A DNA stretch of 64,000 nt from Enoplolaimus lenunculus (lineage: Eukaryota), in the NCBI GenBank assembly GCA_030248215.1, contig JASANG010003525.1, forward strand, positions 1-64,000, in the 5' to 3' direction. The notes beneath the pieces were generated by a model. The model saw only the letters and a program-made list of their open reading frames with translations, was not told where the DNA came from and searched no databases. Shown here piece after piece: positions 37,901 to 49,928 of this stretch. Each line of letters starts with the position of its first letter. Positions within the stretch are counted from its first letter, which is position 1. The position numbers and the translations under genes were made by a program.

Positions 37901-38516
37901 ATTCTTCTTCAAAACAAATAAACACAACGAAAAATTGCGCGCAAAACAAAATAATAAGACGCCTGCTGCCCGCCAAGTTGAATTTCGCAACACTTCTGTA
38001 GGAACCTCGGTTCGCGTTTTTCACATACCGAGTTGTGTTTGAGAGCTGGCAGCAAAATTTGACGTTGGCAATACTGCGCTCAATAATCTTATGATGAAAA
38101 ATGGCTTGATCGATTGTCATCAATTAAAACTTTAGTTCCGTCCATTGTTTTCGCGTGCGGCAAACACAACGCGTCAACCAATTACCAAATTGTCGCACAT
38201 CGAACCATTCGCGTTTTGTCGCTTTCAACCGAGTTTCGCTTGAACAGCACCGACCATTGCATACGTAATATGTTACCTATTAATGAACCTCGCTCCATCC
38301 ATGTTTGTCTTGGCTCGCCATCAGGACGATATACGACACACGGAGGAATGTATGCGTCTCTTGCTGCCTCACATCACATTACGCTGGTGTTTGGCTTCGT
38401 GCTGTGAACAATACGATCAAAATAAAGATAACTCAAATCCTGACGTTACGTGCCGCATTAAACTTGAAATTAATGAAACCAAACCAGATCTTCAATGAAC
38501 ACCCCACACCATATTG

Positions 38517-38601
<85 letters not shown>

Positions 38602-41600
38602 TATTCCTGCAAACATCATAGCTATCACGCCAGAATCAATAACACAAAAATGGATCAGATTTTTTGTTTTACAACCAAGGTTATTGCCATAGCTAAGTGC
38701 GTTTGCCGTTAAGACGTCCCTACAACAACATTGCAGACATTGTTAGATAGATATATGTCCGACGATAGAGACCTCGAGGTGTTTAGACACAGTTGGTCCG
38801 TTACACAGTCTCTCTGAAAACTAGGCAAACTAAGTTAGAGTCTAGGTTAGAATTTTACTGACTCTGTTATAAACCTATTCAGTTTCTTTACGTTATTATC
38901 AATTTTATTTAGTCTATATGATCTGTAGACCCTATACCGGACCTCGCTATAGACCGAACATCTCATTAAGAAGTGCTCTACAGATTCTTCCTCAATTCCA
39001 CAGCAATCACAAATACTCGAATTTGAGAGTCCTATTTTATACATATGCTTATTTAGTTGACAATGTCCAGGAACTATTTGTGTTAGTAATCTAACTCTAT
39101 TCCTATTAAAGCGCACAATGAAGCTAGTATGTTTTGGTTCCAGTTTACTAAAGAATATCTTTGTATTTCGACAAGTAGTTAGCTCTAGCCATCTCTGGTT
39201 AGTGTGTGAAATGCAAGACTCATTTTTGAGCTCCAGCTTTAGCCAATGCATCAGTAAACCGAAATGACGATATCGGGGAATATTCACAAATACACACGGA
39301 GTTAAACACTTAGGACTGTAACGTTGCGGGTGTGGGCCTGAATTGTTTTGAATATTACACGAAATATTTAAAAAGTGATCGACGCTTTTGATATACTAGG
39401 TAAACCCTGAATGCATTCGGGTTAAAACTAATTTGGAGCATTATGTTAAAATTTTAAAATACAAGGACTCTAGGTATTTCAACGTTTATGTTCAACAATC
39501 AACCAGATATTTTTTCATTTTGAACCGTACATCATATTTTCATAGTGAATATCAGGCGTCAGATTTCGTCGTAAAGCTAACAGTTTTAACGAGCATCGTT
39601 TTTACCGAAAAATAAACGCAAATTAATCGTGCAAAATAAAGTAAAATCACCCAATACGGTATAATGTCATTATAGACGTCAATAGGTTGCGAATAAAAGT
39701 ACGGATAACCGCTCAAAGTTTCCATTGATTGCTCAAACTAAGTAAAGTAAAAAAATTCAGCCAAATGCAATATAATTCCGTTAAAGCCATTCATGTGTAA
39801 CTGGCCATTAAACAGCTGACGATCCATGAATATAATAAACATTCGATCCATGAATATAACCAGTCGTAGTGGGACTACATTTATTGAGCGAAGCTCGAAC
39901 ACACGTAAGCAATTAAGGTAATATGCAAATTAGTTATTAGCTAACTATTCATTTATCGGTTTTGGAGGTTTTTAAGCAATTTCCTCAGATTCCTCGCACC
40001 CAAAAACCCTTCAGCCACCCTAAAAATTATTGAAAGAATTTAAAAAGTCATAGTTTTGCCTTGTTAATTAAGCTAATATGCAAATTAGGTATCAGCTAGC
40101 TATTCAATTATCGGTTTTGGATGTTTGTAAACTATTTATTCAAATTCCATGCACCTAAAAACCCTTTAGTACTGAAATTATATTGCTTTTAACCTTAATA
40201 ATTAGTGAAATATTGTAAAAAGTCCTAATTTAGGCTTATAACCTATACTAGTATGCAAATTATCTATTAGCTAACTGCTCAATCATCGGGTTAGGAGGTT
40301 TGTAAACAATCTACGTAGATTCCTCGCACCCAAAAACCCTTTAATGCTAAAATTAGATTGCTTCTAACTGTAATAATTAGTGAAATATTATGGAAAGTCC
40401 TAATTTAGGCTTGTTTAATTATGCAAATTAGCCTGTAGCTACTAAACGGTTTGCAATTTTAAAACCCCAATGCGAGGTTAACACCCCAGGATAATTGGCT
40501 TTCAAACAAAAAAAAGTTTATCAAAATCGGTTCAGCCGTTCCTGAGATTTTTTTCGGACGGACAGACGGACATCCACCTTTCGACCCCCAAGTACAAAAC
40601 ATAAAACGCTTCGCGAAACTCCGAGCTTCGCTCGGAGTTTCGCTTCGCTCAATAAACATTCCGCGGCTAAACATCTTGCGAACCATGAATATGTTTTAAT
40701 ATTCCGCTACTTGCTTCATATTAATACACTGACTTTTACAACAAAATGCAAACTACTATACGGATTGTAAGCATTCTAACTATTCTAATGCATAGTACAC
40801 TCCAGACGCATTTCATGGATTCAAATTGTTTTTGGATCATTAATTTGAAAGATTCCATTTAAAACAAATATTAGAACTGAGTAGATTGCGTACACATTCT
40901 TTTGGCCTAGATTCAATGGAAAATGAATGAATGAAAACAAAGGTTCCCCCAATCCGATAACCCATGTATATACTGTTCAATGTTACACTACTGTTCAATA
41001 TACTAGCATTGGACAGTTTTACCATTATTTCTAAACTTTAATTTGGCTTTAACCCACGGATCAAGATCACGGACTAGTTGATTTGACCACACTGGAAACA
41101 CATGAAACAAACAATGTATATAAAATTAAATAAAAGTAATGTTTCCACTTGCAGTTACATTCACACAGATTAAAAATCAAAGCATGTTACCTGCATTGCG
41201 ATACATAGTAAGTAAGGCCTAGAAAACGATTTTTTCACTGCGTTACAAAGGTGGTACACTTGAAATATTCGTGGAAAAGTATACAACAGACGGAATGTCA
41301 TTACATAAATAACAACTCAAACTGAACATGCTTCAGATTAAGATAAAACAATAAGCAATAAAATATACAAAGCGCTGAGCGAGTGTGCTGAGAATCAATG
41401 TTTGCTGTGATCAAAAATTTGCCAACTTCATACTGCAAGTCAAACCATTCCTCCACCCGATCGTAGTACTCAGTATTGTGATACCCTGCGTCAAGTTTTC
41501 CGCCAGAGCCGCAGAAGTAAAATAATTACCAGTTTCGACGTTGATCCCACATCGATGGAATAAATGAACCACCGTACCATCAGAAAATTTTTTAGGGCAT

Positions 41601-43360
41601 ATTTGTCTGATTTTGGAAGAAGATACGTACTCTAGAACGGAGCACCGATTTGTATGAAAGCCGAACAGAAGCGAATTAATCTCGAATATTTCGGACGATC
41701 GGTTCAGTCCGATTATCGAACCTCAAAAATATGTAATCTGTTCAAATCTTTTGATACCGAACGCAGTATTGAATAAGTCTCCTCTGTAGAAAAACAATAC
41801 TTAAATATATCCTTTAAGCTCTGCCCGTGTAACATCCGAAAATTTATTATTTGCTTCTTTTCCATACATTTCGTGCACTTTAGAATTTCAGCACGCATTT
41901 TGTATTTACAAAGCATGTAAAAGCTTTGAAACATGAGTTGCGGTCGCAACACTTTAACGTTCGCCCCTCAATGACGTATAACATATCTGGCTGGAATTTG
42001 TGCGTTTGCTGCGGAGTTTTATTCCACTGCCGACCGTTTCGAACTATTTTTGGGTGCAGTATGGGTTTTCACCCACTTTTTTAACAAAAGCAGTGAAATT
42101 AAAAAACCCACAAACATCTAAGTGTTTTTAGAGAGAAAGACGCTAAGCTGTAAAGTTTTGACCATCCCTGCTCAGCTATAAGAACTTAACGATAGATTCC
42201 GAGAGACTCTCATAACTAAGTCTAAGCCCTGGCAATACCGAAAGGTTACCAGCATTTTTTCAGCTGGCGGGATGGATTTAATGGGCCGACAGAAATATAG
42301 CCACTAATTGAAAAAGACCATTCCAATTGTGTAGTACGTAGATTACATACGTATTTGTAAACATATATATGCATGTCATGTATAATACATTGGTCTATTA
42401 GACCCCGCTGACTGACAGCACACACTGCAAGATGGGTAGCTAATGCAAAAAATCGATCGATAACATCGAAAGCCAATCAAAAGATACACAATACATTGGT
42501 CTATTAGACCCAGCTGACTGACAGCACACACTGCAAGATGGGTAACTAATGCAAAAAATCGATCGATAACATCGAAAGCCAATCAAAAGATACACAATAC
42601 ATTGGTCTATTAGACCCCGCTGACTGACAGCACACACTGCAAGATGGGTAACTAATGCAAAAAATCGATCGATAACATCGAAAGCCAATCAAAAGATACA
42701 CAACACCGTTTTGGTAATGTCACAGATGGACATTATTACAGAAAGCGTCATTGCTAGTAGCGGACTAAAATGTGAGAGGATCTGTCTGATCAATCCATGC
42801 TATGTATTTAAGGGCTAATATTCAACACGATCGTTCCTAGCAGTCCAGCTAATCTTAGACACAATTAAACCCCTAAAACCAGCATTTTCACTACTGTAGT
42901 ATACAAAAGCATTTGTGATCTCTTACTGTTGCATCGCAGTTAATTTTGAAACGTAATTTTACCATATTATCGTCTTCGCTATAATGTTAAATCTGATGTC
43001 TGTCGATTACATTTAAGTTTTACGCAAGTTACAAAAAATATCTCAGAGCCAGGGAAAGAACGGGTAAGGGGGGAATCCCAAACTGAAAATTTCCTTATAT
43101 ATTAAGCAGGTAAGGACCCGGCAGAAAATTTCACAAACAAAAACTTGCTCTTGTAATCGTGTTCGAAAGTACAAGAATATATAACAGCAAGTCGGGCCCT
43201 TGTATCTAAAAATTTTTCTGGCTGCAACAGGCGGTACAAAAGGTAAAACAAAACTTACTTCTAAAACAAAAAACTCCGTTTCACTATCGTTACCGCCAAT
43301 CAAAAAGAACGATTTCAATGTTTCATACACAGAGACCGTTGGGAAGTGAGCATTTTCCAT
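28958..43360 (-). CDS. FIG4: Polyphosphoinositide phosphatase FIG4/SAC3 (SAC domain), 13 exons, ~1140 aa
   Basis: Phase-consistent GT-AG exons: 43360-43259, 37241-37088, 36913-36778, 36502-36297, 35841-35651, 35492-35400, 34659-34490, 34079-33856, 33411-33199, 32861-32686, 32208-32060, 31200-30938, 30303-28958. Motifs: [64 protein letters not shown], catalytic [12 protein letters not shown] (CX5RT), [25 protein letters not shown]. Confidence 0.95.
34797..35146. mobile_element. Palindromic MITE with TTA flanks (PIF/Harbinger-like) in a FIG4 intron
   Basis: Long TIR TGCGCCATTCACAT..TCGGGCTGGCCACAAAATGTG..GTTAACGAGTGGTCGTTGACC mirrored at the right end; TTA at 34794-34796 and 35147-35149. Confidence 0.85.
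37420..38460 (-). pseudogene. Degenerate piggyBac-family transposase remnant (FIG4 intron 1)
   Basis: Minus-strand fragments across stops and frameshifts: [46 protein letters not shown]; terminal KRCQLCP / [16 protein letters not shown], resembling the piggyBac C-terminal Cys-rich domain. Confidence 0.65.
38519..38593. repeat. (TA)n microsatellite
   Basis: Directly visible. Confidence 0.97.
38847..39250 (-). mobile_element. 3' fragment of a non-LTR retrotransposon ORF2 (C-terminal CCHC zinc motif)
   Basis: [44 protein letters not shown] fits the TGH..L..H..C..C...E...H...C pattern that ends LINE ORF2s. Confidence 0.8.
39880..40656 (-). mobile_element. Helentron-associated (HINE/DINE-1-like) non-autonomous element
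   Basis: Inverted ends TTTATTGAGCGAAGC / GCTTCGCTCAATAAA; hairpin GCGAAACTCCGAGC-TTC-GCTCGGAGTTTCGC; GTCC/GTCT microsatellite next to GAACCGATTTTGA; three internal ~155-175 bp repeats starting ATGCAAATTA. Confidence 0.65.
41190..41910 (-). pseudogene. Possible F-box-like pseudogene nested in FIG4 intron 1
   Basis: [37 protein letters not shown] resembles an F-box motif; followed by stretches broken by stops and frameshifts. Confidence 0.3.
42384..42702. repeat. Tandem repeat, 106-bp unit x3
   Basis: AATACATTGGTCTATTAGACCC at 42384, 42490 and 42596. Confidence 0.95.
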
Positions 43361-44191
43361 TTTTAAAGAAACACAACGTTTAGTGTCATTTACTCGTTTT
43401 CGTTTTATAAAATAAAACTACATATATATACTATATACTGAAATGCAAACATACGTACGTTCTGCGTTTGGATCGAAACGGGAACAACACTAGAAAATTT
43501 TTGGTTTAAGGGGTTCATAGATCTGAAAAAATCGTTATAGTTCGAGCCAGGTTGAACTATTCTGTTCGCGAGTGTCTCTTCATACTAGACACCTACTACA
43601 TGTTAACCTAGTATAATCTGTCAGTAGCCTAAGGAGCTGCATCCCAACATTTCATCTACTGTAACTTTGTCAACGTTCAATGATATATCGCATGCATAAA
43701 AAACCTTTTATACTGAACAGAATCTTTTGAAGCCTTTTTACAGCCAAGGTTAATCCCGGATAAAGTTCTTGCATGACCACTTTTAGTGAAAACGTATTGA
43801 AAATGCATATCTTCTCTCATTAGCCTGCGTCTGGGGGGTAGGCGGCTCCCCCTATTATTATATCTTAAATTAAAAACTAAAGATGAAAAAAAACGAAAAA
43901 CCATTTTTTCGGCTGTCGGGTATTGCACGACAAAATATCCGAATACATAGCAAACCACGATGGGACCGCAAGGACATACAGCCGAGGTTTGCGATCGCAA
44001 AAAGGTGACGGTCAGGAGACGACTTCCTCCAAAAGTAGCTATGTCTGGTATTGCACGATGGAATACCCGAATACATAGCACACATATAAAAAATCAACAA
44101 TTAACACACATTGCATAGTAGCTACGCGGTACACAGTGTTGTACACAACGTAGTAAACAACTATATAACTAGCACAAGTAGTTGAACCAGT

Positions 44192-44265
44192 GCTGCGATA
44201 CCTCAGTTGGTAAAAGCGTTGATCCGGTTAGCCAAAGGTCGCTCGTTCGAATCCAGCCGTGGTCA
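44192..44265 (+). pseudogene. tRNA-derived sequence (tRNA pseudogene or SINE head)
   Basis: A-box-like TACCTCAGTTGGTA and B-box GTTCGAATCC at tRNA spacing; acceptor and anticodon stems pair poorly. Confidence 0.5.
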
Positions 44266-45195
44266 ACTGTTTCAGCTACTTTGCACTAGCATAAAATTAT
44301 GCACATTTCATTTCAGATCGCGCAACCTTACACTGGCAACGATCCTGTTAGTCAAAAGTACAACATCAAGTTTTGCCTATTCCAACGATGTGAAGGAATT
44401 CAGATTTTACATGTTTCAGCCCTTCGAAATGTATTTCAAGTTCTACTTTTAACTTTGATTCTACTATTTAGTCCATCGCACAGGATGAATATTATACCCA
44501 CTAGCTACGTGTTTAGGTGTAGGATGGCTGACGACTATCTATTCTGCATTATACTTTATAGCTACATGGTAATAAAAAGCCAAAAAGCACGGTAAAAACT
44601 AAATGGACGTAAAATGCATAAAAATTGATCAAAAATAATTCGAAAATGTAAGTATTTAAGAAGCCTTGCAAACAGTGCGGAACATCTGCTAGTTTACGTG
44701 CACTGTTAAAGTATTTAATTTAAAATCGATACTAACACTGCCAGGTCTTTGATTGCGTATGCTCTATATTTTCAATAACAGAAAATTTGTTGCATTGTTT
44801 TAAACAGAATATCAATCACTTTGCCTAGTTATTTACTTAGCTAGTTGGCAAGTTGGAAAGTATTAAATATTTACAAACAATAAAAAGTATACATTTCGCA
44901 TAATTATTTATGAAATTAGATTCATTCGGCAATACAAAAAGAGTTAAAAAAATTAAAATGTGAGCATTGAAAAGTTTAAAACCTGTTGTTTTTACTCGAA
45001 CTTCTTGTAAGGTCAGGACTGGTCAAAAACGGCGTTTTTTGACCGATCCCAAGGCGGGTACGGTCTTGTTTCCGATCTATTCTGGAACAGTTTAATGCAA
45101 TGGTACCCAATCCTGCGGCTCGTAAACAAGTACAACACATGATTAAGCTCGTTTTAATGATAAGTAATACGTGTCAGTCAGTTTAGGTAGGAACT

Positions 45196-45435
45196 GGGAC
45201 TTCAGACCTTTCAACTAAGCAGCTGGAAAAGCGGGCCTCCTGAGCTGGGATCGAACTCTCAGCCTACGGATTCTTAAGCGAACACTCTGCCACTGCGCTA
45301 CGTTGCCCGCCTCTCCAACTGCAGTTTTCGTCTTTTCGTCGATTATATGTGTCGACCTTATGCTGCCATAAGCATACAACACGATGTGCATTGCATTTAT
45401 TGCATATGCACAAGGACAAGCATGTCTCACATGCT
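45196..45435 (-). mobile_element. Repeat family F with an internal tRNA-like module
   Basis: Minus strand GTAGCGCAGTGGCAGAG ... GAGTTCGATCCC followed by CTTTTCCAGCTGCTTAG; relatives at ~45570-45735, ~46700-46950 and ~51935-52085. Confidence 0.55.
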
Positions 45436-46769
45436 TGCTTACATGCCCTAATATTCAAGAAGGTCATCCCTTGACCGTTCACCTATTTTCAACTGGATAC
45501 AGTATTCATAGCGCGGCAATTTGTCGCTGCGTCCACGGAGGAGAACCCGTGTCAGCCTAGTAAAGAAACGGGACTTCAGACCTTTTTACTAAGCAGCTGG
45601 AAAAGCGGGTTACGGGTGGTTTCGAACTGGCGAGCCACTGCGGGTCAGACAGACGTTCAACTGCTTTGCTCGTCGACTTAATGTCGACACGTATGCTGCC
45701 GGGCATATGAATGAGTACAAGTGTGTCTCATGCTTACAATAAGTATGCAATGCAAAACACCGCAACGCAAGCCCGTTAGTCCCGTTTTAGTCAATTGTGG
45801 ATTTCCCCGACTTTCGATGCTAATAACTTCTGTATGAGGGCCATACGGCCAAAAAGTATTGTAATGCGAAGCGAGAAAACATTGTTTGCGACAATTCCAG
45901 AAATAATGTTAATTCCACGTAAAGAATATATACCTAGTCAGATTCGCACAAAACACTAGCTAAGCGACCACTGAACACTGTGGTAATAATGACATGAAGA
46001 GAAATATGACAAATAAGCACAAATGAAGTGAGAATTATCTGAAAATGATGTCCGAATTGGAATGAGCACCTGGAAGGAAATTGGTAGGAATAACAATGGG
46101 AGCCTCAAAACACAGAATTAGTTATATACGAGATCACAGAAAACATGACATGAAACATATTGGCACAAGCTGGGAAAAATGGAGTGCATTGGCAGAAATG
46201 GAATAGCGCAATATAACGAGCTCATGAAATTTTGTAGGAAAACGGATGTTTAGTATCTCAAAACATAATATAAGATATATGTAATAATGCACACAAATCA
46301 CATAGTTGAATTTGGCCGAAATGAGATAAGTTGTATGTGAATTTGGCTGAAACTAGTAAAGCACAACTATATTGGCACACAAATAAGCGATATGACAAAA
46401 ATAATGTGGTATAGGATATGTACACTACATAATATTGAGACAGGTACTGAGACATAGTTATTGCATGCCAAGGAAACGACATAGCTAGATGTCAAGAGAT
46501 GCCGAGGGTGAACATCAGTATCACGCAGAGTGCACACTGGGGCTCCATCCGACACTTCTTTGCTCTGCCGTTACATAGTTTAAATCCTGAATTTGTCCTT
46601 TCCGATGTTTTGCTATCTGAATTTCCAATTGATGCCTTCATATAAATTGACAGGCATGCAAAACAAGTTGCACTCTATTATAGTATGCTTACCAGTAGAA
46701 GATGTGTCGACAGATATAATTGACGATATAACGGTTGCAGAAGCGTGCCGTGTTGCTTTAGGTAGAGCG

Positions 46770-46870
46770 CAGGGTGTCACCGAATCTACGATTTGACGGA
46801 ATCCGAATCCATTGCTATTTTGCCGAATCTAAATCCGAATCTTGCATGTTGCAAATTTCAATCATCCACG
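46770..46870. mobile_element. Small insertion with 8-bp TSD GTAGAGCG (hAT-like) inside a family F copy
   Basis: GTAGAGCG at 46762-46769 and 46871-46878; starts CAGGGTG; CCGAATC repeats inside. Confidence 0.55.
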
Positions 46871-47244
46871 GTAGAGCGTACGCTTAATCATGTGCAAGTC
46901 GAGACGAGCTCTCTGAAAACTTGTTTTTCCAGCTGCATAAAAAGTCTGGATATCTCGTGAAGCCTTGCCTATGCTGAGATGCTAGCTACTCCATAAACGC
47001 AATGATAAATGTTGCCGATCTTTGGACATGACATTAAGTTATAATATGAGCTTACACTGTCGACATGCAGTCGATGTTAAAATAGCTAATTCGACTGATA
47101 AGTTTGATACAAAGAAATGAAATGAAATGACTGATAGCGCACTGTGTATGCATACATTTACACAAGTTTATACGTATATAGTTGATTGCAGATCAAAAAA
47201 GTTTTTAAAAGTTATTTGTTACTTGACTAACAGATTTATATACT

Positions 47245-48555
47245 ATGGCCAAGTTGGTTTCGGTTGTTGCGAAATTGTACGACGACTACAAAGATAGCAC
47301 ACCGAGACGATTAAAATTGATTGATGCGTACCTGTTGTATGTTATGTTGACTGGAATCATCCAGTTTGTGTACTGTTGTTTGGTTGGAACATTTCCATTC
47401 AATTCGTTTTTGTCCGGATTTATTTCGTGTGTTGCAAGTTTCGTGCTTGCGGGTAAGTTTCACGTTTTGTAATATCTTTTTCAACATGTAATTATTGTAA
47501 CTGAATGATATATAATTAATAAATATCGTTTTGAGAGCGTACGCATTTTAGTCTATATGTGCTTGTGGCATGGATTTTGGTTGAAATTGAAGGTTTTCAT
47601 CCACTTTTTTCAGAAGAGCCCACTGGAATTCAAAAAAACCCACAGAAAAGTTCACCAGAATCGAAAAATCTATCCACTCCGGTTGATTCATAATTGAGAT
47701 TAAGTACAAAAACTCGTCTGGTTTTTTTACATGTTTCGCTTGGAAGGTTTTTCGACTGAGTTCTGATTTGTTTTGACTTAGAATAAAAACAGAACGTGTA
47801 AGGATCTAAAAAATTGTGCTCGGCTTCTCGCACGCTTCGCTCACGAGACCTTGTTCATTACTATAATTCTGCTTGCACCCCTGCCTGTCAGAAATTTTTA
47901 GATCCACCACTCCCATGAGCAGAGGGTTCGCGAGGTAGCCGGTGTTGTTGCGTTAGCTACGGCGCTCCGGCTTCGAAAAGTTTTTTGAAAAAATGTATTT
48001 TACTGAGTTAACTCTAACTATAGTTAACCACTTGGATTTTTGAAAAACCATGGTTTGTGGAATTTGTGCCATAAGCGATACTATGGTTTCTGGATAAGAT
48101 TGTAATATAGGTGCTTCATACCAAGAATGTTCTGGTTTTTTTGCGAATTTAGGTATTGGATACTAGTCTTTGTTAGCGGTTTTTTATACAAGTTTTTTTT
48201 CAACTTGTAGAATAAGAATAAAACAGGCATATTGGTTAACAGCTTTTATGCAACATATCGCAAAAAAGTTATATGTAAAATAATCATAGTTATCAATCTA
48301 ATTTCCAAAGTAGTTTTAGTTTTTGGAGTTGCATTGATGTGCAAATTAAAATAGTATTCATGTTTACATTTAACGTACAAACTATGTTAGGTTTGTTTCG
48401 TTTCTAAAATATATATTTTTTCAGCATGCCTTCGTATACAAGTCAATCCTCAAAACAAAACTCAGTTTCCGTACATCAGTCCAGAACGCGCATTGGCTGA
48501 TTTCATATTTGCACATGTTGTTTTACATTTGGTTGTGATGAATTTTATTGGGTAA
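47245..48555 (+). CDS. dad-1: Oligosaccharyltransferase subunit DAD1/OST2, 112 aa, 2 exons
   Basis: Exon 47245-47452 (..[51 protein letters not shown]) and exon 48425-48555 ([38 protein letters not shown]); phase-1 GT-AG intron. Confidence 0.98.
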
Positions 48556-49928
48556 AGGTTATATAATGTATAGGTATACGAATAATATTGTTACAAAAAA
48601 TCATTCTATTTGACGTCTGAGAATTGAAAAACATTTGTCGGAAACCTGTTGATTACTGGATTTTGACTGGATTCAATTTGTTAACCGATTATTTGCATTT
48701 TTCGGCACGAAAGTTGATATTGTGTGTTTTCGAGGACGTTGTTTTGCACATTAGCCTCGGTATGTTGCATTTATTGTTAGATTTTGTGTTTCAGCGTAGG
48801 CTGCGTTGTACACACAGTGCCCAAAACATATAAAGATTCCATTAAGTTTTTGATATATTTCGATGTACTGCGCTTTAATATTCGGTTCCAATTCAACGCG
48901 TGGTCGCGTCATCGACTCATCAAGAACTTTGTAATTTAGTGAACTGTACCCCTTTTCTTGCATAAGTTTCGTGCTAGATGTCATCTCTGTATAGTTTTTA
49001 GAATCAACCTTCAGAGTAAGTGCTAGAAAGAGCTACAGCTACGTTTTCAGTACTGAGCTGCGTAAACTATTTGGAGTTTATCTGAATTTCTTTCAACTGT
49101 CTGAGTAACCTAGTGGCTTTCGAATTCCTATTTGTTGTCATATTTGTTGTAGTTCGTTTTGCGATTAAAGGTATTAGTACGTTCACACAGGAGATGTACG
49201 CTTTCACATTTTTGCAAAACATACGGAAGATCTGAGGTGTTTTCTGCGTTTAATGCCACAATCGTAAAATGAATCTTTTGTTATCGTTACAAATGAGTAA
49301 AGTTGGTTAGTTGGGTTGACTTTATGCTGGAGCGCCTATCACGGTTTTGGTATACTGTATTTCTAAACAAAACCTAAGTATTTTAATTTTAGAAATGGAC
49401 TTGCTTGCTTAAGGGCAAATAACTTATAAAAAAGCTAGCTTTTACTAAATCATGTTACAACAGAATAGCGCGACACAAAGTGTAGGACGTTGAAGAGATC
49501 CACGGTTTGACATTTATTGCCTGCATAATAGACCTCGCAAGTTTTAGCCCATAAGATAAACGTTTTTTCTGAGAGACTAATCGATTTAGGCTTTCGACAG
49601 TTTTTTATGCTGAGATATTAGTTGTTCATCTTGTGCTTAGGCATATGCTTGGGCTAAAGTTACGGGCCTGTTCTATACATTGGCCCAAGCACTGACCAAG
49701 TTAAAAATGCAACTACGATATTCACCAAAATTTTCTGAAACTAATGTTTTCAGCAGCTGTAGGTAATTTCACATGCAGATGTAGTTCCACTCGCTTGAGG
49801 TTCGTACTAATTATATGAACCTGTCAGCTAGAAAGATTGGGCTTCGGAAATTTGAGGTTATAGGCTTCCAAAATCACACCCTACTATGCAGTAATTTGTT
49901 AGCGCATTCCTTGCATTTTGGCACCAAC

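Noticed and set aside
42376..42688. Repeated [13 protein letters not shown]s
   Set aside because: Products of the 106-bp tandem repeat; the frame shifts each unit.
48751..49180. ORF convergent with DAD1
   Set aside because: Interrupted by stops upstream, no motif or splice support; probably 3'UTR or intergenic.
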